A DNA stretch of 61,753 bases, the filler included, from Nemertoderma westbladi (Eukaryota; Animalia; Xenacoelomorpha): the NCBI GenBank assembly GCA_032718475.1. It is 2 parts of 2 records of this genome, joined end to end, with 100 filler letters (N's around TTAATTAATTAA, not from the genome) between each part and the next. Parts side by side here need not be neighbours in the genome. Positions count along the whole stretch, not along the records: positions 1 to 31,461 come from JAUCBJ010002679.1; positions 31,562 to 61,753 come from JAUCBJ010009112.1. The stretch is one strand, 5' to 3'. Of this stretch, positions 22,201-33,077 are shown piece after piece (within the stretch, counting starts at the first letter, position 1; the number at the start of each line of letters is the position of its first letter). The notes under the pieces are model-generated. The model saw nothing but the letters and a program-made list of their open reading frames with translations, did not search any database and was not told the DNA's origin. The translations under genes were made by a program, and so were the position numbers.

Positions 22201-25200
22201 TGGAACTAATGAAATAGTCTGGTTAAGTTGTGGAACTAATGGATCAGTTTGGTTAAGTTGTTGATCTAATGGAATAGTTGGGTTAGGTTGTGGAACTAGT
22301 GGAACAGTTTGGTTAAGTTGTGGAAATAATGGAACAGTTTGGTTAAGTTGTGGAACTAATGGAACAGTTTGGTTAAGTTCTGGAACTAATAGAATAGTTT
22401 GGTTAAGTTGTAGAACTAATGGAATAGTTTGGTTAAGTTGTGGGACTAATGGAATTGTTTGGCTAAGTTGTGGAACTAATGGAACAGTTTGGTTATGTTG
22501 TGGAACTAATGAAACAGTTTGGTTCAGTTGTGGAACTAATATAATAGTTTGGTTAAGTTGTGGAACTAGTGGAACAGATTGGTTAAGTTGTGGAACTAAT
22601 GAAACAGTTTGGTTAAGTTGTGGAACTAATGGAACAGTTTGGTTAAGTTCTGGAACTAATGGAATAGTTTGGTTAAGTTCTGGAACTAATGGAATAGTTT
22701 GGTTAAGTTGTGGAACTAATATAACATTCTGGTTAAGTTGTGTAACTAATGGAATAGTTTGGTTACGTTGTGGATCTAATTGAATAGTTGTGTTAAGTTC
22801 TGGAACTAATGGAATAGTTTGGTTAAGTTGTGGAACTAATAGAATATTCTGGTTAAGTTGTGTAACTAATGAAACAGTTTGGTTAAGTTGTGGATCTAAT
22901 GGAATAGTTTGGTTAAGTTGTGGAACTAATAGAATAGTTTGGTTAAGTTGTGGAACTAATAGAATATTCTGGTTAAGTTGTGTAACTAATGGAACAGTTT
23001 GGTTAAGTTGTGGAACTTATAGAATATACTGGTTAAGTTGTGTAACTAGTGGAACCGTTTGGTTATGTTGTGGATCTAATGGAATAGTTTGGTTAAGTTG
23101 TGGATCTAATTGAATAGTTGTGTTAAGTTCTGGAACTAATGGAATAGTTTGGTTAAGTTGTGGAACTAATAGAATATTCTGGTTAAGTTGTGTAACTAAT
23201 GGAACAGTTTGGTTAAGTTGTGGATCTAATGGAATAGTTTGGTTAAGTTGTGGATCTAATGGAATAGTTTGGTTAAGTTGTGGAACTAATAGAATATTCT
23301 GGTTAAGTTGTGTAACTAATGGAACAGTTTGGTTAAGTTGTGGATCTAATTTAATAGTTTGGTTAAGTTGTGGAACTAATAGATTCTGGTTAAGTTGTGT
23401 AACTAATGGAACAGTTTGGTTAAGTTGTGGAACTAATGGAATAGTTTGGTTAAGTTGTGGAACTAATAGAATATTCTGGTTAAGTTGTGTAACTAGTGGA
23501 ATCGTTTGGTTAAGTTGTGGAACTAATTTAATAGTTTGGTTAAGTTGTGGAACTAATGGAACAGTTTGGTTAAGTTGTGGAACTAATGGAACAGTTTGGT
23601 TATGTTGTGGAACTAATGAAACAGTTTGGTTCAGTTGTGGAACTAATATAATAGTTTGGTTAAGTTGTGGAACTAGTGGAACAGATTGGTTAAGTTGTGG
23701 AACTAATGAAACAGTTTGGTTAAGTTGTGGAACTAATGGAACAGTTTGGTTAAGTTGTGGAACTAATAGAATATTCTGGTTAAGTTGTGTAACTAATGAA
23801 ACAGTTTGGTTAAGTTGTGGATCTAATGGAATAGTTTGGTTAAGTTGTGGAACTAATATAATATTCTGGTTAAGTCGTGTAACTAATGGAACAGTTTGGT
23901 TAAGTTGTGGATCTAATTGAATAGTTTGGTTAAGTTGTGGAACTAATAGAATAGTTTGGTTAAGTTGTGGAACTAATAGAATATTCTGGTTAAGTTGTGT
24001 AACTAATGGAACAGTTTGGTTAAGTTGTGGAACTTATAGAATATACTGGTTAAGTTGTGTAACTAGTGGAACCGTTTGGTTATGTTGTGGATCTAATGGA
24101 ATAGTTTGGTTAAGTTGTGGATCTAATTGAATAGTTGTGTTAAGTTCTGGAACTAATGGAATAGTTTGGTTAAGTTGTGGAACTAATAGAATATTCTGGT
24201 TAAGTTGTGTAACTAATGAAACAGTTTGGTTAAGTTGTGGATCTAATGGAATAGTTTGGTTAAGTTGTGGAACTAATATAATATTCTGGTTAAGTCGTGT
24301 AACTAATGGAACAGTTTGGTTAAGTTGTGGATCTAATTGAATAGTTTGGTTAAGTTGTGGAACTAATAGAATAGTTTGGTTAAGTTGTGGAACTAATAGA
24401 ATATTCTGGTTAAGTTGTGTAACTAATGGAACAGTTTGGTTAAGTTGTGGAACTTATAGAATATACTGGTTAAGTTGTGTAACTAGTGGAACCGTTTGGT
24501 TATGTTGTGGATCTAATGGAATAGTTTGGTTAAGTTGTGGATCTAATTGAATAGTTGTGTTAAGTTCTGGAACTAATGGAATAGTTTGGTTAAGTTGTGG
24601 AACTAATAGAATATTCTGGTTAAGTTGTGTAACTAATGGAACAGTTTGGTTATGTTGTGGATCTAATGGAATAGTTTGGTTAAGTTGTGGATCTAATTGA
24701 ATAGTTGTGTTAAGTTCTGGAACTAATGGAATAGTTTGGTTAAGTTGTGGAACTAATAGAATATTCTGGTTAAGTTGTGTAACTAATGGAACAGTTTGGT
24801 TAAGTTGTGGAACTTATAGAATATACTGGTTAAGTTGTGTAACTAGTGGAACCGTTTGGTTATGTTGTGGATCTAATGGAATAGTTTGGTTAAGTTGTGG
24901 ATCTAATTGAATAGTTGTGTTAAGTTCTGGAACTAATGGAATAGTTTGGTTAAGTTGTGGAACTAATAGAATATTCTGGTTAAGTTGTGTAACTAATGGA
25001 ACAGTTTGGTTAAGTTGTGGAACTTATAGAATATACTGGTTAAGTTGTGTAACTAGTGGAACCGTTTGGTTATGTTGTGGATCTAATGGAATAGTTTGGT
25101 TACGTTGTGGATCTAATTGAATAGTTGTGTTAAGTTCTGGAACTAATGGAATAGTTTGGTTAAGTTGTGGAACTAATAGAATATTCTGGTTAAGTTGTGT

Positions 25201-28200
25201 AACTAATGGAACAGTTTGGTTAAGTTGTGGATCTAATTTAATATTTTGGTTAAGTTGTGGAACTTATACAATATTCTGGTTAAGTTGTGTAACTAATGGA
25301 ACAGTTTGGTTAAGTTGTGGAACTTATAGAATATACTGGTTAAGTTGTGTAACTAGTGGAACCGTTTGGTTATGTTGTGGATCTAATGGAATAGTTTGGT
25401 TAAGTTGTGGATCTAATTGAATAGTTGTGTTAAGTTCTGGAACTAATGGAATAGTTTGGTTAAGTTGTGGAACTAACTAATAGACTATTCTGGTTAAGTT
25501 GTGTAACTAATGGAACAGTTTGGTTAAGTTGTGGATCTAATGGAATAGTTTGGTTAAGTTGTGGATCTAATGGAATAGTTTGGTTAAGTTGTGGAACTAA
25601 TAGAATATTCTGGTTAAGTTGTGTAACTAATGGAACAGTTTGGTTAAGTTGTGGATCTAATTTAATAGTTTGGTTAAGTTGTGGAACTAATAGATTCTGG
25701 TTAAGTTGTGTAACTAATGGAACAGTTTGGTTAAGTTGTGGAACTAATGGAATAGTTTGGTTAAGTTGTGGAACTAATAGAATATTCTGGTTAAGTTGTG
25801 TAACTAGTGGAATCGTTTGGTTAAATTGTGGAACTAATGGAATTGTTTGGCTAAGTTGTGGAACTAATGGAACAGTTTGGTTATGTTGTTGAACTAATGA
25901 AACAGTTTGGTTCAGTTGTGGAACTTATAGAATATACTGGTTAAGTTGTGTAACTAGTGGAATCGTTTGGTTAAGTTGTGGAACTAGTGGAACAGATTGG
26001 TTAAGTTGTGGAACTAATGAAACAGTTTGGTTAAGTTGTGGAACTAATGGAACAGTTTGGTTAAGTTCTGGAACTAATGGAATAGTTTGGTTAAGTTCTG
26101 GAACTAATGGAATCGTTTGGTTAAGTTGTGGAACTAATATAATATTCTGGTTAAGTTGTGTAACTAATGGAACAGTTTGGTTAAGTTGTGGATCTAATGG
26201 AATAGTTTGGTTAAGTTGTGGATCTAATGGAATAGTTTGGTTAAGTTGTGGAACTAATAGAATATTCTGGTTAAGTTGTGTAACTAATGGAACAGTTTGG
26301 TTAAGTTGTGGATCTAATTTAATAGTTTGGTTAAGTTGTGGAACTAATAGATTCTGGTTAAGTTGTGTAACTAATGGAACAGTTTGGTTAAGTTGTGGAA
26401 CTAATGGAATAGTTTGGTTAAGTTGTGGAACTAATAGAATATTCTGGTTAAGTTGTGTAACTAGTGGAATCGTTTGGTTAAGTTGTGGAACTAATGGAAT
26501 TGTTTGGCTAAGTTGTGGAACTAATGGAACAGTTTGGTTATGTTGTTGAACTAATGAAACAGTTTGGTTCAGTTGTGGAACTAATATAATAGTTTGGTTA
26601 AGTTGTGGAACTAGTGGAACAGATTGGTTAAGTTGTGGAACTAATGAAACAGTTTGGTTAAGTTGTGGAACTAATGGAACAGTTTGGTTAAGTTCTGGAA
26701 CTAATGGAATAGTTTGGTTAAGTTCTGGAACTAATGGAATAGTTTGGTTAAGTTGTGGAACTTATAAAATATACTGGTTAAGTTGTGTAACTAGTGGAAC
26801 CGTTTGGTTATGTTGTGGATCTAATGGAATAGTTTGGTTACGTTGTGGATCTAATTGAATAGTTGTGTTAAGTTCTGGAACTAATGGAATAGTTTGGTTA
26901 AGTTGTGGAACTAATAGAATATTCTGGTTAAGTTGTGTAACTAATGAAACAGTTTGGTTAAGTTGTGGATCTAATGGAATAGTTTGGTTAAGTTGTGGAA
27001 CTAATAGAATATTCTGGTTAAGTTGTGTAACTAATGGAACAGTTTGGTTAAGTTGTGGATCTAATTTAATAGTTTGGTTAAGTTGTGGAACTAATACAAT
27101 ATTCTGGTTAAGTTGTGTAACTAATGGAACAGTTTGGTTAAGTTATGGATCTAATGGAATTGTTGGGTTAAGTTTTGGAACTAATGTAATAGTTTGGTTA
27201 AGTTGTGGAACTTATAGAATATACTGGTTAAGTTGTGTAACTAGTGGAACCGTTTGGTTATGTTGTGGATCTAATGGAATAGTTTGGTTAAGTTGTGGAT
27301 CTAATTGAATAGTTGTGTTAAGTTCTGGAACTAATGGAATAGTTTGGTTAAGTTGTGGAACTAATAGAATATTCTGGTTAAGTTGTGTAACTAATGGAAC
27401 AGTTTGGTTAAGTTGTGGATCTAATGGAATAGTTTGGTTAAGTTGTGGAACTAATAGAATATTCTGGTTAAGTTGTGTAACTAATGGAACAGTTTGGTTA
27501 AGTTGTGGATCTAATTTAATAGTTTGGTTAAGTTGTGGAACTTATAGAATATACTGGTTAAGTTGTGTAACTAGTGGAACCGTTTGGTTATGTTGTGGAT
27601 CTAATGGAATAGTTTGGTTAAGTTGTTGATCTAATTGAATAGTTGTGTTAAGTTCTGGAACTAATGTAATAGTTTGGTTAAGTTGTGGAACTAATAGAAT
27701 ATTCTGGTTAAGTTGTGTAACTAATGGAACAGTTTGGTTAAGTTGTGGATCTAATGGAATAGTTTGGTTAAGTTGTGGATCTAATGGAATAGTTTGGTTA
27801 AGTTGTGGAACTAATAGAATATTCTGGTTAAGTTGTGTAACTAATGGAACAGTTTGGTTAAGTTGTGGATCTAATTTAATAGTTTGGTTAAGTTGTGGAA
27901 CTAATAGATTCTGGTTAAGTTGTGTAACTAATGGAACAGTTTGGTTAAGTTGTGGAACTAATGGAATAGTTTGGTTAAGTTGTGGAACTAATAGAATATT
28001 CTGGTTAAGTTGTGTAACTAGTGGAATCGTTTGGTTAAGTTGTGGAACTAATGGAATTGTTTGGCTAAGTTGTGGAACTAATGGAGCAGTTTGGTTATGC
28101 TGTGGAACTAATGAAACAGTTTGGTTCAGTTGTGGAACTAATATAATAGTTTGGTTAAGTTGTGGAACTAGTGGAACAGATTGGTTAAGTTGTGGAACTA

Positions 28201-30139
28201 ATGAAACAGTTTGGTTAAGTTGTGGAACTAATGGAACAGTTTGGTTAAGTTCTGGAACTAATGGAATAGTTTGGTTAAGTTCTGGAACTAATGGAATAGT
28301 TTGGTTAAGTTGTGGAACTAATATAATATTCTGGTTAAGTTGTGTAACTAATGGAATAGTTTGGTTACGTTGTGGATCTAATTGAATAGTTGTGTTAAGT
28401 TCTGGAACTAATGGAATAGTTTGGTTAAGTTGTGGAACTAATAGAATATTCTGGTTAAGTTGTGTAACTAATGGAACAGTTTGGTTAAGTTGTGGATCTA
28501 ATGGAATAGTTTGGTTAAGTTGTGGAACTAATAGAATATTCTGGTTAAGTTGTGTAACTAATGCAACAGTTTGGTTAAGTTGTGGATCTAATTTAATAGT
28601 TTGGTTAAGTTGTGGAACTAATAGATTCTGGTTAAGTTGTGTAACTAATGGAACAGTTTGGTTAAGTTGTGGAACTAATGGAATAGTTTGGTTAAGTTGT
28701 GGAACTAATAGAATATTCTGGTTAAGTTGTGTAACTAGTGGAATCGTTTGGTTAAGTTGTGGAACTATTGAAACAGTTTGTTTCAGGTGTGGAACTAATA
28801 GACTAGTTTGGTTAAGTTATAGAACTAATGGATTCGTTTGGTTAAGTTGTTGATCTAATGGAATAGTTGGGTTAGGTTGTGGAACTAGTGGAACAGTTTG
28901 GTTAAGTTGTGGAAATAATGGAACAGTTTGGTTAAGTTGTGGAACTAATAGACTAGTGTGGTTAAGTTGTGGAACTAATGGAATGGTTTGGTTAAGTTAT
29001 AGAACTAATGGATTCGTTTGGCTAAGTTGTGGAAGTAATGGAACAGTTTGGTTAAATTGTGGAACTAATGAAACAGTTTGGTTCAGTTGTGGAACTAATA
29101 GAATACTTTGGTTAAGTTGTGGAACTAGTGGAACAGTTTGGTTAAGTTGTGGAACTAATGGAACAGTTGGTTTAGTTGTGAACCTAATGGAACAGTTATG
29201 TTAATTTGTAGAACTAGTGGAATAGTTATGTTAAGTTGCGGATCTAGTGGAATAGTTGGGTTAAGTTCTGGAACTAGTGGAACAGTTTGGTTAAGTTGTG
29301 GAACTAATGGGACAGTTTGGTTCAGTTGTGGAACTAATGGAACAGTTTGGCTAAGTTGTGGAACTAATGGAATAGTTTGGTTAAGTTGTGTAACTAATGG
29401 AACAGTTTGGTTAAGTTGTGGATCTAGTGGAATAGTTGGGTTAAGTTGTGTAACTAATGGAATAGTTTGGTTAAGTTGTGGAACTAATAGAACAGTTTGG
29501 TTAAGTTGTGGAACTAATGGAACAGTTGGTTTAGTTGTGAACCTAATGGAACAGTTATGTTAATTTGTAGAACTAGTGGAATAGTTATGTTAAGTTGCGG
29601 ATCTAGTGGAATAGTTGGGTTAAGTTCTGGAACTAGTGGAACAGTTTGGTTAAGTTGTGGAACTAATGGAACAGTTGGTTTAGTTGTGAACCTAATGGAA
29701 CAGTTATGTTAATTTGTAGAACTAGTGGAATAGTTATGTTAAGTTGCGGATCTAGTGGAATAGTTGGGTTAAGTTCTGGAACTAGTGGAACAGTTTGGTT
29801 AAGTTGTGGAACTAATGGGACAGTTTGGTTCAGTTGTGGAACTAATGGAACAGTTTGGCTAAGTTGTGTAACTAATGGAACAGTTTGGTTAAGTTGTGGA
29901 TCTAGTGGAATAGTTGGGTTAAGTTGTGTAACTAATGCAACAGTTTGGTTAAGTTGTGGATCTAGTGGAATAGTTTGGTTAAGTTGTGTAACTAATGGAA
30001 CAGTTTGGTTAAGTTGTGGATCTAGTGGAATAGTTGGGTTAAGTTGTGTAACTAATGCAACAGTTTGGTTAAGTTGTGGATCTAGTGGAATAGTTGGGTT
30101 AAGTTGTGTAACTAATGGAACAGTTTGGTTAAGTTGTGG
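16226..30139 (+). repeat. 30-bp tandem array, ~460 copies, consensus TGGAAYAGTTTGGTTAAGTTGTGGAACTAA
   Basis: Directly visible. The first unit TGGGATAGTCTGGTTAAGTTGTGGAACTAA (16226-16255) is the last 10 codons of the Gbeta CDS. Confidence 0.98.
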
Positions 30140-30274
30140 TTTAGTACTAAAGTACGCATGTGGCGTGTCGTTCAAGACGACAATTTGATTTCGTTCTTGT
30201 TTGTGATATTAATGGCCTATTTGTTAAGCACATTGATGGAAGTCCACCAGTGAGATGGTGTTAAAAATATCCAA

Positions 30275-30280
30275 AATAAA
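30275..30280 (+). terminator. First canonical AATAAA seen downstream of the Gbeta stop (candidate poly(A) signal)
   Basis: CCAAAATAAAAAC. I saw no AATAAA in the array units. Confidence 0.35.
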
Positions 30281-30510
30281 AACATGTAGATCCACCACAG
30301 GATACCTTACTTATCTGGACTTCGTCTCTCTTAAAAAATGTTTGGTGTTGTAATGATAAAATGCTACTTACTTGTCCTTCACATATCATTAGATTAAGTC
30401 GGCATTTTTAAGGTTATAACGAAACTGCCTCTTTATTGGGGTAGGTAGTTGTTGTAGGAAAAGGGAGGCACTCAAAAATAATATAATTTTTTTTTGTTCT
30501 GGTGATTTAT

Positions 30511-30586
30511 CTCAGGTAGATCACTCGGTAAAGCGCCTCGCTTAAGGTGTGAAAGTACTGGGTTCGATCCAGGATCAAGTCTTTTT
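30511..30586 (+). pseudogene. tRNA-derived sequence (SINE head or tRNA pseudogene, tRNA-Pro-like anticodon arm)
   Basis: A-box-like TAGATCACTCGG, arm CTCGCTTAAGGTGTGA, B box GGTTCGATCC, then T5. The acceptor stem does not pair well. Confidence 0.45.
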
Positions 30587-31461
30587 GTTTAATCGTATAT
30601 TTTATATTTAAAGTTTAGGCAGTTTGGTTTACGTCCAGCTTGCTGACTTTTTTAGTCAGAAATAACAAATAAATGTAAAACGCCATGGCGTGCCATATAC
30701 AATGACATACATTTATTATTTATTAGTTTGACATCGGGAAATGTTGTTACTATATCCTTTATGGTCGGTAATAGAGTTTGATTGTAATCATTGGGGATGA
30801 TATTTTGTAACGTTATAAATTTTGTTGATGTAATTTATTGTTTGATTTTCTCGGTAGCCGTATATAGAATGCTCTGTGGGAGAAGGGCCCATGCCATACT
30901 TTAATTAAACCTAATTAACTTGATATATTTATATGTTGGTCAACTTATCTAAAATATCTTACTGGTTAAATAATTTATTTAGTAATAGATGAAATGAAAT
31001 TCAAGAAATAAGATTATTTTTTTAATGAGGAAAGCGTTGAAACCACAATCGCTGTAAAACAGTAATGTTTCACATTAACACGCCGTCCAAGAAGCAATGA
31101 AGCTGCCACACTCCCCATCCCCTATATACATGCCGGGGCCGGCCTACCTTTTGCAGCTGCCCATCGTGTTAGCATGGCAAATAATAATTGGCAACACGTC
31201 TTGTACTATTATACAACCCATCAATTAATTCCGACCTTCATCCGTAATGCAAATGAAATAAAACCCCGACTATGCGTGACATGCGCCCTCGCATAACCAA
31301 TTTCTGTCCAGTAGTGAACGGAGAACTTGCCACCTCTTTACCCAGTATATCAATCGGCATTAATCGAAGTTAAGCTCGCAAGGGAAACCTGGTGTGCCTC
31401 GTTGAATCCATCTGATTGTAAAGTTTGAGTACAATATGTGGCAGCTCAGGTAATGCGGGGG

Positions 31462-31561
31462 NNNNNNNNNNNNNNNNNNNNNNNNNNNNNNNNNNNNNNN
31501 NNNNNTTAATTAATTAANNNNNNNNNNNNNNNNNNNNNNNNNNNNNNNNNNNNNNNNNNNN
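31462..31561. other. Assembly gap with artificial six-frame stop linker
   Basis: 44 N + TTAATTAATTAA + 44 N = 100 bp. Confidence 0.95.
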
Positions 31562-33077
31562 GTCTACTTAGACGAGATCTATTTCCCTTGCCTTCAGTAT
31601 CGGTGGTATCGCCTTCCTCAGATGATGTATATCCCTGTCTTTTGGGAGTAGATCGATTCATCATCTGCATATTACTAGCTGTTAACTGTTTGTTTATGCA
31701 GTCTTGATTCTCCTGAATGTTTTCCAATTCTAATTGGGTGGTTTCTTCAGCCGCTCTCCGTTCTGCTTCTACCACTGCCTCCGCCACTTTTCTTTCCGCT
31801 TCGGCCTCTGCCGCTGCCGCTTTTGCCTCTGCCGCTGCCTCTGCCGCTGCCGCTTTTCTTTCTGCTTCTGCAGCTGCCACTGCTGCTGCTACTGCCGCTG
31901 CCTTTCTGTCTTCTATACGTTTTTTCTTTACTTGTTCTTCTTGGACTCGTGTCAGGCGGAGTTGTTCATCAAATTTAGCCTGATTCGCAGCCCTCATTTC
32001 CACATCGATGGCATCCAACACAAGCTTGGTTCCTTCGCTATTAGGGCTAAGTCCATCTAACCTTCTCCTCAACTCGTCATCACCTAAAAAACGCTGATAG
32101 TCTGACAGATAGATGTCAATGGCATCTCTCTTATGTGGTTTCTCTGCCGTCGCTTCACTTTCCACTTGGGAAAAAGTGGCGTCTGTTGATTCTCCATGGG
32201 TTGATCGCTCCTCCAGCTGAGCTTTCCACTGAGCTGTTCCTTGAACCTGGAGATTCACCCTTTGAAACCAAGTCTTTACGGCGACTTGCAACGACGTGTC
32301 TTGTCTTCGTTTAGAAGCTTCCTCAAAGGCTGATAAGATTAGCCTGATTCGTAGAATTCTTTCTCTAACTTGATAAAGCAGCAATCCCTGCTCTTGAGGT
32401 CCTTGAGGTTGTTGAAACAGTTGTTCTTTTAATCGCTCTATAGAGCTGAAGAATCCCTGTGCGTATCCGGCTGCGGACCTCTTCCACACAGCTGGATCGA
32501 TGGTTTCCTTGGCTACTCCCATCCGGTGTATGTCTTCCCAGGCAGCTTCTGATAAATCAAACGGGAGTCCGGGTCCGGGGAAGTTCCATTGCGACTCGAC
32601 AATAGACTTCAGTTCTTCACTCGTGTATCCCGCATAACTATCTCTAGTTGACCGTTGACTTCTCGCCCAATCGATCTGGTGTTCTTCCACCGCGATCAAT
32701 AACCTAGTGAGTACGGCTGCAGGAAGGATGAGAAGGGGATCCGTATAAACCGCATCCGTCATCTCTGCTCCGCGCTCGGGTGTCAGCTCTACAGTATCCT
32801 CACTACTGGAGCTGCTGGGCCGCTGAGGAATAAGTTCTTGACTAGCGGGTTGTTGCTGGTCCGCTGCTTCTTGGTCCCGCTTGACCTGAGCTCGGGTGCC
32901 TATGATAGACCTACGATGTTGGACTAGCCTAGGTTCTGTTATTACTACTGGAGGGATGACCTTCCTCACAGTGGGAGGTGAACTGAACTTACGACCAGAC
33001 GGTTGTACGTCTCTATCTGAGTCGCAGATAGTTACATCTAATAAACTGTCTGACAGGTTCTGCTTAGTATCAGACAT
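31562..33077 (-). CDS. BEL/Pao Gag N-terminal region, copy A (runs into gap)
   Basis: MSDTKQNLSDSLL... is near-identical to the ORF at 58011, which carries the BEL Gag domains further downstream. The apparent stop comes from the gap linker. Confidence 0.85.

Noticed and set aside
16226-30139. CRISPR-like array (30-bp repeats)
   Set aside because: The units are head-to-tail with no unique spacers, there are no cas genes, and the context is eukaryotic. The same applies to the 51-bp and 22-bp arrays.
16481-30188. Dozens of 'GTNGIVWLSC' repeat ORFs (and reverse-strand QLNQTVPLV ORFs)
   Set aside because: These are alternative-frame readings of a 30-bp unit, with non-ATG starts and frequent stops and frameshifts. 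The unit derives from the Gbeta frame.
31506-31517. TTAATTAATTAA palindrome and the stop of the 523-aa ORF
   Set aside because: Artificial linker centred in a 100-bp gap. Adjacency across this gap is not guaranteed.
31717-32060. Ala/Ser-rich and Cys-rich ORFs here and at 59028-59426
   Set aside because: Antisense shadows of the Gag alanine-rich repeat.
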